Part shown: positions 7,538 to 18,700 of the stretch, in pieces
Layout: every line of letters begins with the position of its first letter
How positions within the stretch are numbered: position 1 is the stretch's first letter
NCBI GenBank assembly: GCA_044869275.1
Contig: JBIOXB010000137.1
Location: 1 to 64,000, forward strand
From: a bacterium
GTDB taxonomy: Bacteria > Zhuqueibacterota > Zhuqueibacteria > Zhuqueibacterales > Zhuqueibacteraceae
Reading direction: 5' to 3'
Length of the DNA: 64,000 nt
Notes under the pieces: generated by a model
Seen by the model: only the letters and a program-made list of their open reading frames with translations
The model's database searches: none
What the model was told of the DNA's origin: nothing
Position numbers and translations under genes: made by a program

Positions 7538-8037
7538 AATTCTTGCTGCCGCAATAAGATTTGCAGTTTGCTTTTTATTCTGCTCAATTTGACGCCGATA
7601 TTGCTCGGGGTCAATCCCAGCACTTCGGACATCTCCTTGTGACTTAGATCTTCGAGATACAACATGATCAGCGCCCGTTCAACCGGATTCAGTTTTCTGA
7701 TAGCCTGATGCAACAACTCGATATCATCGCCGCCGCTGTCGTCAGATGTTCTGTGTGCATTTTCAATGGTCTCATCGATTTCGACGTGTTGGGGTTTGCG
7801 TTTGAATTTTCTCAGGCTGGTAATCGCCGTATTCAAGGCAATGCGATACATCCAGGTAGTGAACGCTGCTTCATGTTTGAAGGCAGGATAGGATTTCCAG
7901 AGGTTATACAAAATGTCCTGGAAAAGGTCCTGCCGGTCGCTTGCCGTGGCGGCATAGACTCTACACATTCTATGTATGATGCCCTGGTGCCGATTGACCA
8001 AGTCGATAAACTCGGCTTCAAGTTCTTCTACATGCAT
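7534..8037 (-). CDS. ECF-family RNA polymerase sigma factor
   Basis: DLFQDI..W, FTTWMYRIALN, region 4 LSHKEMSEVLGLTPSNIGVKLSRIK. Confidence 0.92.
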   Translation of the reverse strand: MHVEELEAEFIDLVNRHQGIIHRMCRVYAATASDRQDLFQDILYNLWKSYPAFKHEAAFTTWMYRIALNTAITSLRKFKRKPQHVEIDETIENAHRTSDDSGGDDIELLHQAIRKLNPVERALIMLYLEDLSHKEMSEVLGLTPSNIGVKLSRIKSKLQILLRQQEL

Positions 8038-8327
8038 TGCACGTCTGGGTTTATCTGGTTAGTCGCACGGCTTGCCGAAATTTTACACTGCAAAGAGGCC
8101 TTAATGTAGTCAAGATTGAAATTTTTGCCTTGTGCCTCAAGGGATTTTTCTTGTTGTGGCGGGCGTTGCCTTACAGATGTTCTCGAAGACTACGATGGCG
8201 GTAAACCCGCCTGAAAAAACTAAAGCCTTGACGGAGATAAACTCGTCGTCTATATTCAAGCACTCCTACCACCGCCAACGACGCGACATCGCTGGCTTTT
8301 TGAAAAACAGTTCAGGGAAGCAACGGT

Positions 8328-8972
8328 ATGAAACGACGCGCAACCAAGGCATTGGCAATAGATTTCGACGGCGTTATTGTCGATACTCAGCCCATGCACT
8401 ACCAGGCGTGGCAGGAAGTCTTCAAACAAATGAAGCTCGGAATAAACATTACGCCGAAGGACATCCTGGGTTTAAGCGTCGAAGCATTTATTGCTGCTTT
8501 TCATTTGCCGGACGAGGTCGCCGCAAAAGCTGCCAAGCTCAAGAATGAAATTGTCATCCGTCAGTCCCAGCTCTCTCCCCCACCGCTTTATCCGTACGTG
8601 AAAAGCACGCTGCAGTTCTTGTCGCAAGATTATGAGCTCGCTCTGGTGTCTTCCGTGGAAAAGCCGGTCGCCGTCAATTCATTGCAACAACACGGGCTTT
8701 ATGATTTATTCAGAGTCTTTGTCCTTGAAGGCGATTATGACCAGCACAAGCCATGTCCTGATCCATACCTTGTTTGTCTGGCGAAGTTAAATCTTTCTGC
8801 GCGCGAGGTGGTCGCAATAGAAGACTCTGAGATTGGCATAGCCTCTGCCCGGGCCGCAAAGCTCCTGACCATCGCCATCTCAAACACCAGCGATCGGGCT
8901 AAACTGCACGAAGCTGATCATATTATCGATCGCTTCGACCAAATTATTCCTCTCATTGAGAGCAATTGGTGA
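8328..8972 (+). CDS. HAD-family phosphatase (beta-phosphoglucomutase-like)
   Basis: DFDGVIVDT, KPCPDPY, IEDSEIGIASA. Confidence 0.88.
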   Translation: MKRRATKALAIDFDGVIVDTQPMHYQAWQEVFKQMKLGINITPKDILGLSVEAFIAAFHLPDEVAAKAAKLKNEIVIRQSQLSPPPLYPYVKSTLQFLSQDYELALVSSVEKPVAVNSLQQHGLYDLFRVFVLEGDYDQHKPCPDPYLVCLAKLNLSAREVVAIEDSEIGIASARAAKLLTIAISNTSDRAKLHEADHIIDRFDQIIPLIESNW

Positions 8973-9170
8973 TTTGCAGAACTTTTGATTCAAATCGACG
9001 GGTTGAATGCGATTAGCTCATCAGACTTAGCTTGACAATGTTGAGTTAGTGTTCAAAGCCTCCATTCCCTGTCCTGCATCTTTCTGTCCTCTGCTTTTTT
9101 GCAGGATAATTGTGCCTTCATGCTCCCGATTGGGTTGCGGCTTAAAGCCTCGTTTTGAAAAGGACGATGT

Positions 9171-10364
9171 ATGCCGGCTAAATTCTCGCAGTATGCCAAA
9201 CTTTATCGTGAAGCATTGCTTGATGACGTGATACCATTTTGGCAAAAATACTCTCTCGATCGCACCTGTGGCGGCTACTTTTCCTGTCTCGAGCGCGAGG
9301 GCAAGGTTTACGATACGGATAAATTTGTTTGGCTGCAGGCCAGGCAGGTGTGGACTTTCTCCATGCTGTTCAACCGCCTGGAGCAGCGCCCGCAATGGTT
9401 GGATATCGCCAGGCACGGCGCCGACTTTCTAAGAAAACACGGCCGTGATGCCGCCCGCAACTGGTTCTTCGCGCTGGACCAGCAGGGCAAAGCACTCATT
9501 CAGCCCTACAATATTTTTTCCGATTGCTTTGCTGCCATGGCATTCAGCGAATTTGCACGCGCAAGCGGTGATGAAGTTTGCCGGGATATTGCACTGCAAA
9601 CTTACAAAAACATCCTCGCCCGCCAACAGAATCCCAAAGGCAAATATTCCAAAACCGTTCCCGGCACCCGACCCCTACGTTCCTTTGCCCTGCCGATGAT
9701 ACTTGCCAACCTGACGCTGGAAATGAGCTGGCTCCTTAAAGATAAGGACGAGCGGGCTGATACGGAGAGTCTGGTGAACGACATTATGAATACATTTCTC
9801 GATGAGGAGCAAGGAATCATCTACGAACATGTGGCTTCGGATGGCAGCCATCCAGATTGTTTTGACGGCCGGCTAATCAATCCCGGCCACGGTCTTGAAA
9901 GCATGTGGTTCGTCATGGAAATTGCCCACCAGCGTCGCGACCGCAAGACCATCGACCGGGCCGTTGACGCCGCGCTGGCTATTCTACAATTTGGCTGGGA
10001 TGAAGAATACGGCGGCATTTTCTACTTCCTGGATGCGAAGGGGAAGCCGCCGCAACAATTGGAATGGGATCAAAAACTGTGGTGGGTGCATGTGGAAGCG
10101 CTCGTCGCCATGCTGATGGGATATGCGCTGACCGGGAAGGAAGCGTGCCGGCAATGGTTTGAAAAACTGCACGACTACACGTGGAGCCATTTCCCGGATC
10201 CGCAGTACGGTGAATGGTTCGGCTATCTGAATCGCCAGGGGCAAGTCCTAATGGCCCTCAAAGGCGGCAAGTGGAAGGGCTGCTTCCATGTGCCGCGGGC
10301 GCTGTTCCGCTGTTGGCAGGAGCTTCACAAGTTGGGAGCGGGCACAGAGGGGGATAATTCATAG
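9171..10364 (+). CDS. N-acylglucosamine 2-epimerase (AGE family)
   Basis: [42 protein letters not shown]. Confidence 0.92.
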   Translation: MPAKFSQYAKLYREALLDDVIPFWQKYSLDRTCGGYFSCLEREGKVYDTDKFVWLQARQVWTFSMLFNRLEQRPQWLDIARHGADFLRKHGRDAARNWFFALDQQGKALIQPYNIFSDCFAAMAFSEFARASGDEVCRDIALQTYKNILARQQNPKGKYSKTVPGTRPLRSFALPMILANLTLEMSWLLKDKDERADTESLVNDIMNTFLDEEQGIIYEHVASDGSHPDCFDGRLINPGHGLESMWFVMEIAHQRRDRKTIDRAVDAALAILQFGWDEEYGGIFYFLDAKGKPPQQLEWDQKLWWVHVEALVAMLMGYALTGKEACRQWFEKLHDYTWSHFPDPQYGEWFGYLNRQGQVLMALKGGKWKGCFHVPRALFRCWQELHKLGAGTEGDNS

Positions 10365-10412
10365 CGGCTATCAGCTGCAGCCTTGCCCTTCCAGCTATTG
10401 TGTTTTCATCCT

Positions 10413-10480
10413 ATTTCACCCCTTCGGGGTTCGGGAATGCCTACGGCTGTCGTCTATAATCATTTCACCGCTTCGCGGTT
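10413..10480. repeat. REP-like tandem short palindromes
   Basis: ATTTCACCCCTTCGGGGTT and ATTTCACCGCTTCGCGGTT about 48 bp apart. Confidence 0.55.
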
Positions 10481-10785
10481 CGCTTTCGACGGCCTTAGTC
10501 TTGTTAATGATGGCATAGGAGTTAATGCTTCAATGAATGTTAAGTTCTCCCGTTGCTGTTTCGTTTATTTTGCTGTGACAAAATCTGAAAGCCAGCGAGC
10601 CGCCAGCTTCTAAATCCGGAGGGACGCAATGATCATAGCTTGACTATCATTGTCAGCCAGGGATTCGATCTGGTTTTGCGCAATCAGCGCATCTGACAAT
10701 TCCTGTAAGTACGTCATGGAAAATCTTAGCATTTTGAACCGCCGTAAGGTCGATTGCGGAGATTCGTTCAACCGAGAGGGAGCTT

Positions 10786-11643
10786 ATGAACGTGTTCGAT
10801 CTTCCCACCAAGAGTGCTATTAACTTCTACAAAGAAAATGGATACTGGCTCAGTCCCAAGCTATTTTCGGACGAGGAGCTGAGCGAATTTCGTGAGCATC
10901 ACCGTAGAGTCGTTGCCGGCGAATACGAAACCAAGCGGCCGCCCTTGAGCCGCGATCCGCAGCCCGGCGACACTTCCAAACTGGTGCAGGTTAACAATGC
11001 CTATTGGACAGACGCGTCCATGGCCCGGCTGGTGCTCGATGTGAGAATTGGCAAGATTGCCGCCCGGCTCGCGGGCGTGCAGGGCATACGCCTCTGGCAT
11101 GATCAACTCTTATACAAGCCTCCCCAAAGCGGCGTGGCCGGCAACGTTGGCTGGCATCAGGACCAGGGCTATTGGCAATGCCTGGATTGCAGCGAGACCG
11201 TGACCGCCTGGGTGGCAATTGAAGATGTCGACGAGGAAAATGGCTGCATGGAGTTCGTGCCCGGCAGTCACAAGTGGGGATTGTTAGGCGAGGATCATTT
11301 CTACCAGCAGGATATCGAAGCGCAAATCAAGCGCATCGAGGCGAAAACCGGGCATGCCTTCCGCACCCTTCCTGTGGTGTTGCCGGCCGGCTGTGTGAGC
11401 TTTCATCATAGTCTCACCATCCATGGCAGCCGCGCCAATGTCAGCAAACGACCACGTATTTCCATCGCTATTCACCTGATTCCAGATGGTGCGCGCTATC
11501 GCGCCGGCACGTCATCAGAGGACCACACCAGCAACACCTTGCGCCGGCCCCAAAACGGCGATTTCTATGCCGGCCCGTATTTTCCCGTGCTCTATCGCGA
11601 AGGCGAACCGCACGCCAACGTCTGGATGACGGTTGCGGGCTAG
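10786..11643 (+). CDS. Phytanoyl-CoA dioxygenase (PhyH) family Fe/2-OG oxygenase
   Basis: WHQDQGYW (HxD), ENGCMEFVPGSH, HGSRAN..R. Confidence 0.9.
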   Translation: MNVFDLPTKSAINFYKENGYWLSPKLFSDEELSEFREHHRRVVAGEYETKRPPLSRDPQPGDTSKLVQVNNAYWTDASMARLVLDVRIGKIAARLAGVQGIRLWHDQLLYKPPQSGVAGNVGWHQDQGYWQCLDCSETVTAWVAIEDVDEENGCMEFVPGSHKWGLLGEDHFYQQDIEAQIKRIEAKTGHAFRTLPVVLPAGCVSFHHSLTIHGSRANVSKRPRISIAIHLIPDGARYRAGTSSEDHTSNTLRRPQNGDFYAGPYFPVLYREGEPHANVWMTVAG

Positions 11644-11743
11644 TGCACTGTCACCTTAATTCCTATTCTGGCACGAAAGAGTTTCTGGCTGTTGACGGAC
11701 TAATTCACCAATCCGAATTCACTTATTGATCATGGAAGCAAAC

Positions 11744-13246
11744 ATGAGATTCTCCTCCTGGGATTGGATTATTGTATTTGCCTACGTTGTTATGACCTTC
11801 GTTGTGGGGGTGGCGGCGACAAAACGCGTTAAGAATGTCGCGGATTTTCTGGTGGCCGGCAGGAAGATTCGTTTTCATCTTGGCGTCGCTTCGCTGGTGG
11901 CGACCGAGCTCGGGCTGGTGACCGTGATGTATTTTGCCGAGCAGGGGTTTCGCTACGGCTTTGCCGCTTTCATCATCGGGGTGATTTGGTCTGCGGCCTA
12001 TCTTTTTATCGGCAGCACCGGCTTCGTGGTGGAACGCGTGCGCCGGCTTGAGATCATTACCATCACCGAGTATTTCGAATTGCGCTATAGCAGGGGTGTT
12101 CGCGTTCTAGGCGCGATGCTGCTGGTGGTTGCCGGAGTGTTGAGCTTGGGCGTCTTCTTGAGGCTGGGCGCGGTATTCATGGTGCAATTTTTGGCCATAC
12201 CGGAGACGTACATTCACCTCACCATGACCGTCCTGGTGGTGGTAGTTGTCGTTTACACGGTTCTGGGCGGAATGGTCGCAGTGGTGGTGACCGACTTTGT
12301 GCAGTTTATCCTGCTGGCGCTCGGCATGCTGCTCGCAACTTTTTTCGTTTTCCATGAGCACGGCTTTCTCGGCCTGTTCGCACGGGCCGAGAGCCTTTAT
12401 GGCCGCGCGGCGTTCAATCCGATTTCTCATGCGGAATACGGCTGGTCATTCATCGCCTATTGGTCGGTGTTCGCAATTTCCGGCTGCATTCTTTGGCAAC
12501 CGGTGGCGCAACGCGTGCTCGCGGCGCAAAAGCCGGAGTTGAACAAGGCCATATTCAAAGCCACGAGCCTGATGTTTCTCGGCCGGGCGTTTCTGCCCAT
12601 CGTATGGGGCATCGGCGCCGCGATTTATTTGGGCGCACAATTCGATGCCGCCGCCGGCATGCCGCGATTTTTCTCAGAAATTTTTCCGGTCGGCATGCTC
12701 GGATTTTTCCTGGCCGGAATGTTTGCCGCCTCGATGTCAACCGATTCCAGTTACATGCTGGCCTGGAGCAGCGTCATTGTACAAGACATTATTGGCCCTT
12801 TTAAAAAAAATGGCATTTCCGATAAAGGACGGGTTTTCCTAGCGCGCTTGTTCGTGGTCATCATTGGCGCCCTGATGCTGACCTTCGGCATTTGGCACGA
12901 GCTGAAAGGAACGGCTTTTCGCTATCTTTTGGACGTAACCACCATTTATTATGCCGGCGGCCTCGCGGTTCTGGTCGCGGGATTATACTGGAAACGTGCG
13001 AATACTCTCGGCTCCTATCTTGCTTTTATTTTTGGCGCCATTCTGCCACTGGCCTATGTGGTGGAAGATATGGCGATCTACTCACGGGCGGGCGAATCCG
13101 CGGGCTTGGTCAGCGGTCTCCTGTCCCCGAACATGCGCGGGGTGTGGAGCTTTGTGTTGGGATTTTTGGGAATGGGATTGGGATCGCTGCTGCCATTGGG
13201 CCAAACCAAAAATCATAAATCCGTGAACAGTTTTCCGGCATTTTGA
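11744..13246 (+). CDS. Sodium:solute symporter family protein
   Basis: About 13 TM segments, DFLVAGR, GGMVAVVVTDFVQF, AASMST. Confidence 0.9.
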   Translation: MRFSSWDWIIVFAYVVMTFVVGVAATKRVKNVADFLVAGRKIRFHLGVASLVATELGLVTVMYFAEQGFRYGFAAFIIGVIWSAAYLFIGSTGFVVERVRRLEIITITEYFELRYSRGVRVLGAMLLVVAGVLSLGVFLRLGAVFMVQFLAIPETYIHLTMTVLVVVVVVYTVLGGMVAVVVTDFVQFILLALGMLLATFFVFHEHGFLGLFARAESLYGRAAFNPISHAEYGWSFIAYWSVFAISGCILWQPVAQRVLAAQKPELNKAIFKATSLMFLGRAFLPIVWGIGAAIYLGAQFDAAAGMPRFFSEIFPVGMLGFFLAGMFAASMSTDSSYMLAWSSVIVQDIIGPFKKNGISDKGRVFLARLFVVIIGALMLTFGIWHELKGTAFRYLLDVTTIYYAGGLAVLVAGLYWKRANTLGSYLAFIFGAILPLAYVVEDMAIYSRAGESAGLVSGLLSPNMRGVWSFVLGFLGMGLGSLLPLGQTKNHKSVNSFPAF

Positions 13247-13277
13247 ACAGCAAAACTCTTACAAGTTGGGCAATCTT

Positions 13278-13412
13278 ATGGATATTTGGAAACTGATTTG
13301 GATGCTCGCATTGCTAGGTGGCATGGCCGGCTTTGCTTATATTTCCTTGAAAGTGATGATCAGAGGAATCGCAGAAGTCCGGAGCCTGCTCAAGGAAACG
13401 ACAGAGGCTTGA
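13278..13412 (+). CDS. Small single-TM protein downstream of the symporter
   Basis: 44 aa MDIWKLIWMLALLGGMAGFAYISLKVMIRG...; fills the intergenic gap and is below the ORF-track cutoff. Confidence 0.55.
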   Translation: MDIWKLIWMLALLGGMAGFAYISLKVMIRGIAEVRSLLKETTEA

Positions 13413-13416
13413 CCGG

Positions 13417-13839
13417 ATGCGCAAAACCATTCTCCTCTATGGCATTGCTCTGGCGGTGCTAACCGGGCTGCTGAAGTTTATCGAATACCGCTTCTTCGTT
13501 CACGATCTTTCACTTGAGTTTTACCTCGGTCTGGTGGCTGTGCTTTTTACCGGGCTCGGCGTTTGGGTGGGCCTGAGGCTCACGCACCGAAAAACCATCA
13601 TTATCGACCCGAACTTCAAGCTCAACGCACCGGAGCTGCAACGGCTGGGCATCAGCAAGCGTGAGTACGAAGTGCTGGAGCTGATCGCACAGGGGCTGTC
13701 CAACCGAGAGATTGCCGAAAAACTGTTCGTTTCGCTCAACACCGTCAAAACGCATTCTTCCAATCTGTTTATGAAATTGGAAGCCCGCCGGCGCACTGAG
13801 GCGATACGCCGGGCAAAGGAACTGCGGTTATTGCCCTAG
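13417..13839 (+). CDS. Membrane-anchored LuxR-type HTH regulator
   Basis: Two N-terminal TM segments; ISKREYEVLELIAQGLSNREIAEKLFVSLNTVKTH. Confidence 0.9.
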   Translation: MRKTILLYGIALAVLTGLLKFIEYRFFVHDLSLEFYLGLVAVLFTGLGVWVGLRLTHRKTIIIDPNFKLNAPELQRLGISKREYEVLELIAQGLSNREIAEKLFVSLNTVKTHSSNLFMKLEARRRTEAIRRAKELRLLP

Positions 13840-13960
13840 CGGGATGCTGAAAAACTCAGTTTCACTTTCAGAGGAGCGAAGCAATCTCTCTCGTCGAGAT
13901 TTGCTGCGTCGCGCCCTCCTGCCACGACAAAGAAGCGTCCTTTTTCAGTAGTCCTGTTAA
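13836..13960. repeat. MITE-like element with imperfect terminal inverted repeats
   Basis: CTAGCGGGATGCTGAAAAA ... TTTTTCAGTAGTCCTGTTAA. Confidence 0.5.
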
Positions 13961-14144
13961 ACTTTCGGGTGAATATTCCCGCGATTCCCCAAATCATACT
14001 TTCGGGTGATGCTTTTGCGCTCCGCGGTTGCGTAAATTCCGCAACCATTCAGGCGAGACGCGCATTGCGCAAGCTTGTCGACTCTAACAATCGCAATGCT
14101 GGCAGAAAAGCGTCCGGGTGGTGAATACTCATAAGGAGAAAACC

Positions 14145-14684
14145 ATGCAAAAAGTAACGCTCGTCTTCGGCTTGCTGGCCGGTGTCATCGTCTCCGGCTT
14201 CATGGTCATCACCATGAAGCTGTGTGAAAATGGGAGCATCAATTTTGACAACAGCGACTTCATCGGCTATGGCGGCATGGTCATCGCGCTGTCCATGATT
14301 TTTTTCGGCATCAAATCCTACCGCGATAACTATCAGAATGGCGCGATCAAATTCGGCAAAGGGCTTCAAGTCGGCATGCTCATTACCCTCGTCGCGGCGC
14401 TGGTCTATGCGGTTGCCGGCGAAGCGTATTATCAAGCCAGTCCGGAGGCTCAGACCAAACTGATGGAAAAGTATGCCGCCCACCACATCAATAAGATGAA
14501 AGAAAATGGCGCCCCGCCCGCCGCGATCGCTCAAAAGATCAAGGAAATGACTGGCCTGAAGGAAATGTACAAGAGCGCCGTCATCCGTTTCGGCATGACC
14601 GTGGCGATCATTTTGCCCGTGGGGATCATCATCACGCTGATCAGTGCAGCGGTTTTGAGAAAAAAAGACTTTCTCGCGGAGTAA
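14145..14684 (+). CDS. DUF4199-like membrane protein
   Basis: IGYGGMVIALSMIFFGIKSYRD..GAIKFGKGL; usual partner of the TM-LuxR gene. Confidence 0.8.
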   Translation: MQKVTLVFGLLAGVIVSGFMVITMKLCENGSINFDNSDFIGYGGMVIALSMIFFGIKSYRDNYQNGAIKFGKGLQVGMLITLVAALVYAVAGEAYYQASPEAQTKLMEKYAAHHINKMKENGAPPAAIAQKIKEMTGLKEMYKSAVIRFGMTVAIILPVGIIITLISAAVLRKKDFLAE

Positions 14685-14710
14685 TGCAGAATAAAAAAAC
14701 AGGTAACTTT

Positions 14711-14880
14711 TACCACAACGTTAAGTTCGCGTTTTTGCCCAAAAAGCAGCACTGTCATTTGTAAGAATCTTCCCATGATGCAATATCACAATCCATTTCG
14801 ACCTTGTGCCCAGCACTTGGGAAGATCCCGAAACATCGGGATGACATGCCTGGTGGTGGCTTTGACTTAACGTTGTAGTA
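14711..14880. repeat. MITE-like element with 15/16 terminal inverted repeat
   Basis: TACCACAACGTTAAGT (14711-14726) / ACTTAACGTTGTAGTA (14865-14880). Confidence 0.6.
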
Positions 14881-14999
14881 CTATTCAGCTATTGTTTTTG
14901 GAAGCGGATAAAGCGGATTTTAAAGATCCGTTTGCGAGAATAATCATCTGCTCAATCCGCTTAATCCGATTACGTTGCTTTTTTGTGCTGAATGGTTAC
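14878..14999. repeat. MITE-like repeat, copy 1
   Basis: Ends GTACTATTCAG / CTGAATGGTTAC; near reverse complement of 19314-19445. Confidence 0.75.
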
Positions 15000-15102
15000 A
15001 AAAACGGAAACCTAGTCTGCGCTCCCGCATCAACCAGAGAGGCAACCGAAACGCGCAAGAGAAGAAACGAGGCATTCATCTTCAAAACCAGGAGAAGCGA
15101 AC

Positions 15103-15480
15103 ATGACGATTAAACTAACCAGCGTATTTGTGGACGACCCCAACCGGGCCTTTAAGTTTTACACGGAGATTTTAGGCTTCATCAATCGGCTCCACATTCC
15201 AGAAGCCCATCTGGCAATCGTGGTTTCGCCGGAGGAGCCGGAGGGCACCGGTTTGTTGCTCGAGCCAAACGGCAACCCTATCGCCAAGACCTATCAAGAA
15301 GGTGTCTATAAGGCCGGGTTGCCTGTTATCGTGTTCGGTGTGGAGGATATTCACAGCGAATATGAACGGCTGAAAAAATTGGGTGTGGTGTTTCGTTCGG
15401 CACCTGCAAAAACGGAATGGGGCACCCAGGCCGTTTTTGAAGATACCTGCGGCAACCTCATACAGCTCCATCAGGCCTGA
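15103..15480 (+). CDS. VOC/glyoxalase family protein
   Basis: SVFVDD..AFKFYTEILGF, FEDTCGNLIQL. Confidence 0.9.
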   Translation: MTIKLTSVFVDDPNRAFKFYTEILGFINRLHIPEAHLAIVVSPEEPEGTGLLLEPNGNPIAKTYQEGVYKAGLPVIVFGVEDIHSEYERLKKLGVVFRSAPAKTEWGTQAVFEDTCGNLIQLHQA

Positions 15481-15711
15481 TCACTGCAATAAGAATGGGC
15501 TGATCTCTTCACAGTGAAATCTGGGCGTGACGCACGGCGGAGTCCTGCTTGTGCATTGCTTATCTTCTCATTCGCGTTGATTCGCGCTCATTCGCGGTTT
15601 GACCCGTGTGATTGAGGCTGCGCGTTGCGATCTATTTGGAGTTTGCGTTTGGATATTTAGTTATAAATTATTTTCTTCCGTATACGCCTAAAACTTGACA
15701 GGATTGCTCCC

Positions 15712-18700
15712 ATGAAAAGGCCATGCCGTTTTTGCTCCGCTCGCCTAATCATTGGCGCAGCACTCTACAGCCTCTGCATTGTCTCTCCCGCCGTATCGCA
15801 GACTGTTGAAGACCGGATCACTTCCATCCTCAGCCGCATGACGACCGCCGAGAAAATCAAACAGTTGCATCATGAAGGCGGATTCAACACCGCCGACAAC
15901 GCCCGGCTGAATATTCCCGGATTCATAATGGCCGACGGTCCGCACGGGGTGCGCGAGGGCACGGCCACCTCGTTCCCGGTTATTATCGGCATGGCCTCCA
16001 CGTGGGATGTCGAGCTGGCGAAACGCGTTGGTGTTGCGCTGGGCAAAGAATTCCGGGCCAAAGGAAAAAATCAGGGCCTTGGACCGAGCATGGACCTTGA
16101 CCGTGACCCGCGCAACGGTCGCAGCCCGGAAACCGGCGGCGAGGATCCGTTGCTGTGCGGCCAGATCACCGCCGCCATCATCAAAGGGATGCAATCCGCG
16201 GGGTGCATGGCAACAGCGAAGCATTACAACTGCAATCATCGCGAGAATGGCCGGGAGAGCAACAACATCACCATCAGCCAGAAGTTGCTGATGGAACAGG
16301 CCGGCCTGCAATTCCGGACTGCGGTTCAGGAGGGCGGCGCGTTTTCGGTTATGAACGCGTACAATCTCGTCAATGGATTGAAGTCGGCCCATAATTCCAA
16401 TCTTCTCACCACCATCCTCCGAACCTCGTGGGGATTCCCGTTCTATGTGGTCTCGGATTGGGGCGCGGTGTGGAATGCTGAAAACGCGATCGAGGCCGGC
16501 ACAGACATTTGTATGGGATCGGACCATTATCAAAATAGTCTTCCCGCTCTGGTCAGCAGCGGTGCCGTCACCATGCCGGTGCTGGATGAAGCGGTGCGCC
16601 GCGTACTGCGCACGAAGGCGCTTGCCGGCCTGCTCGACTATCTTCCTCCCGGCAACCCCTCCGACCTCAACAGCACCGAGCACCAGCAACTCTGTCTGGA
16701 GACAGGGAGAAAATCACTCGTGCTTTTGAAGAATGAAGAGAATATTCTGCCGCTCAACCCGGATGCGATAACCAGCGTCGCCGTCATCGGGCCGAACGCT
16801 CCGGTTGCACCCATCGACGGTTCGGGCAGCAGCTATGTGACGCCGGTATATTCCGTAACACCGTTGCAGGGTGTGACCCGCATACTCGGCGCAGCACGGG
16901 TGCGTTACGCGAAGGGCTGCGATATCAACAGCGCCGATACCACACAGTTCGCCGCGGCACTAAACGCAGCCTCCGGTGCGGATGCTGTGCTTTTCTTCGG
17001 TGGGCTCGATCCGAGCCAGGAAGGCGAAGGATTCGATCGCGTCGGCGGTGCAATCGATCTTCCCGGCACGCAACAGGACTTGATCAATCGTCTCGCTGCC
17101 GTCAACCCGAGAATCATCGTGTCCCTGTTCAGCGGCGGCATCTGCGGGATTCAACGCTCGATCGCGAACATCAAAGGACTCATCTATGGATTCTATCCGG
17201 GACAGGAAGTCGGCAATGCCGTGGCGGAGGTGATCTTCGGTGCGTTCAATCCCGGTGGAAAGCTTCCAGTGACATTTCCGTCCAGCACCAGCCAGCTTCC
17301 GGCATGGAATGACAACCTCAATGATGATTACGGCGGTGGCTATCGCTGGTTCGAGGCAAAGTCCATTACGCCGCAGTTCGCCTTCGGGTTCGGACTGAGC
17401 TTCACGACGTTCGCGTACAGCGAGCTGGTGATCTCTCCGGCAAGTGCGCCGGCCGGGCAGCCCGTGACCGTGAGTGCGAACGTTACGAATACGGGAACGC
17501 GATCCGGCGACGAAGTTGCGCAACTGTACCTCACCAGGGAATTCCCTCCCGTGATGATGAAAGAACTGAAAGGATTCAGGCGCATAACGCTGAACCCCGG
17601 CGAAACACGAAACGTGAGCTTCACGCTTACACCTGAACAGTTGTACACGTACAATGAAGCAACCGCACAATACGAAGTAAACCCCGGCTTATATCCTGTA
17701 AGCGTCGGTGGCGCCTCAAACCATCTGCCGCTTACCGGAACAATGCAATTAACGAACACGATGCCGTTGCCAGATCTCAGGCTGCTTCGTGTCTGGACCG
17801 TTCCCCCTTATCCGAGCGCGGGTGACTCAGTTATTTTCCTCGCCGCGGTGAAGAACGAAGGGACAGGGGCATCGCCTGAGGGCGTTCCTGTGGAGGTCGC
17901 GTTCAACGTGAACGGCGTGCCGCTCAGTTATTCCGATGAGTTCGCTCACGCCATACCGGCCGCCGGCATGGCGCTCATCTGCGCAAACCAAGGAGTGGCG
18001 GGATCGAATCGCTGGGTTGCGCGCCCGCTCGGAGCATTCAGTATTGCATGCACTCTCGACCCTCGTAACGCCATCACCGAGACACGCGAAGACAATAATA
18101 CTCTTGCAACAGAGGGCAACGTCATCCCGAAGCCGTTGACAAACCTGGCAATGTACCGGGCCGTGACTGTTTCTTCAAGCGAGGGGCCAGGATTGGAAGG
18201 AGCCAACGCCGTTGATGGCAATATGACCACCCGTTGGTCATCCGCCTTCAGCGATCCGCAAAGCATCACGGTCGATCTCGGCAGTCTGTATTCCGTCAGC
18301 GATGTTAGTTTGTATTGGGAGACGGCTTATGCCCGCGCTTATGTCGTGATGACTTCGGCAAATGGACAAGACTATCATCAGGTGCACGCCGAGACCTCCG
18401 GCGATGGTGGGCTGGATGTGATTCCGCTTTCAGAAAATGCCCGCTATGTGAGAGTGCTAGGCATATTGAGAGCAACACAATGGGGTTATTCATTGTATGA
18501 GTTGCAGGTGCATGGAAATCCGGTGAGCACCGGAGTGGGCGAGCACGACAGCAGTCTGCCGGAGCGAGTGGCGCTGGGCAATAATTATCCCAACCCCTTT
18601 AACCCTACAACTCAAATTGGCTATGCCCTACCGCACGCAAGCCATGTGTCGTTGAGAGTGTACGACCAACTGGGGCGAGAAGTCGTGACCTTAATTGATG

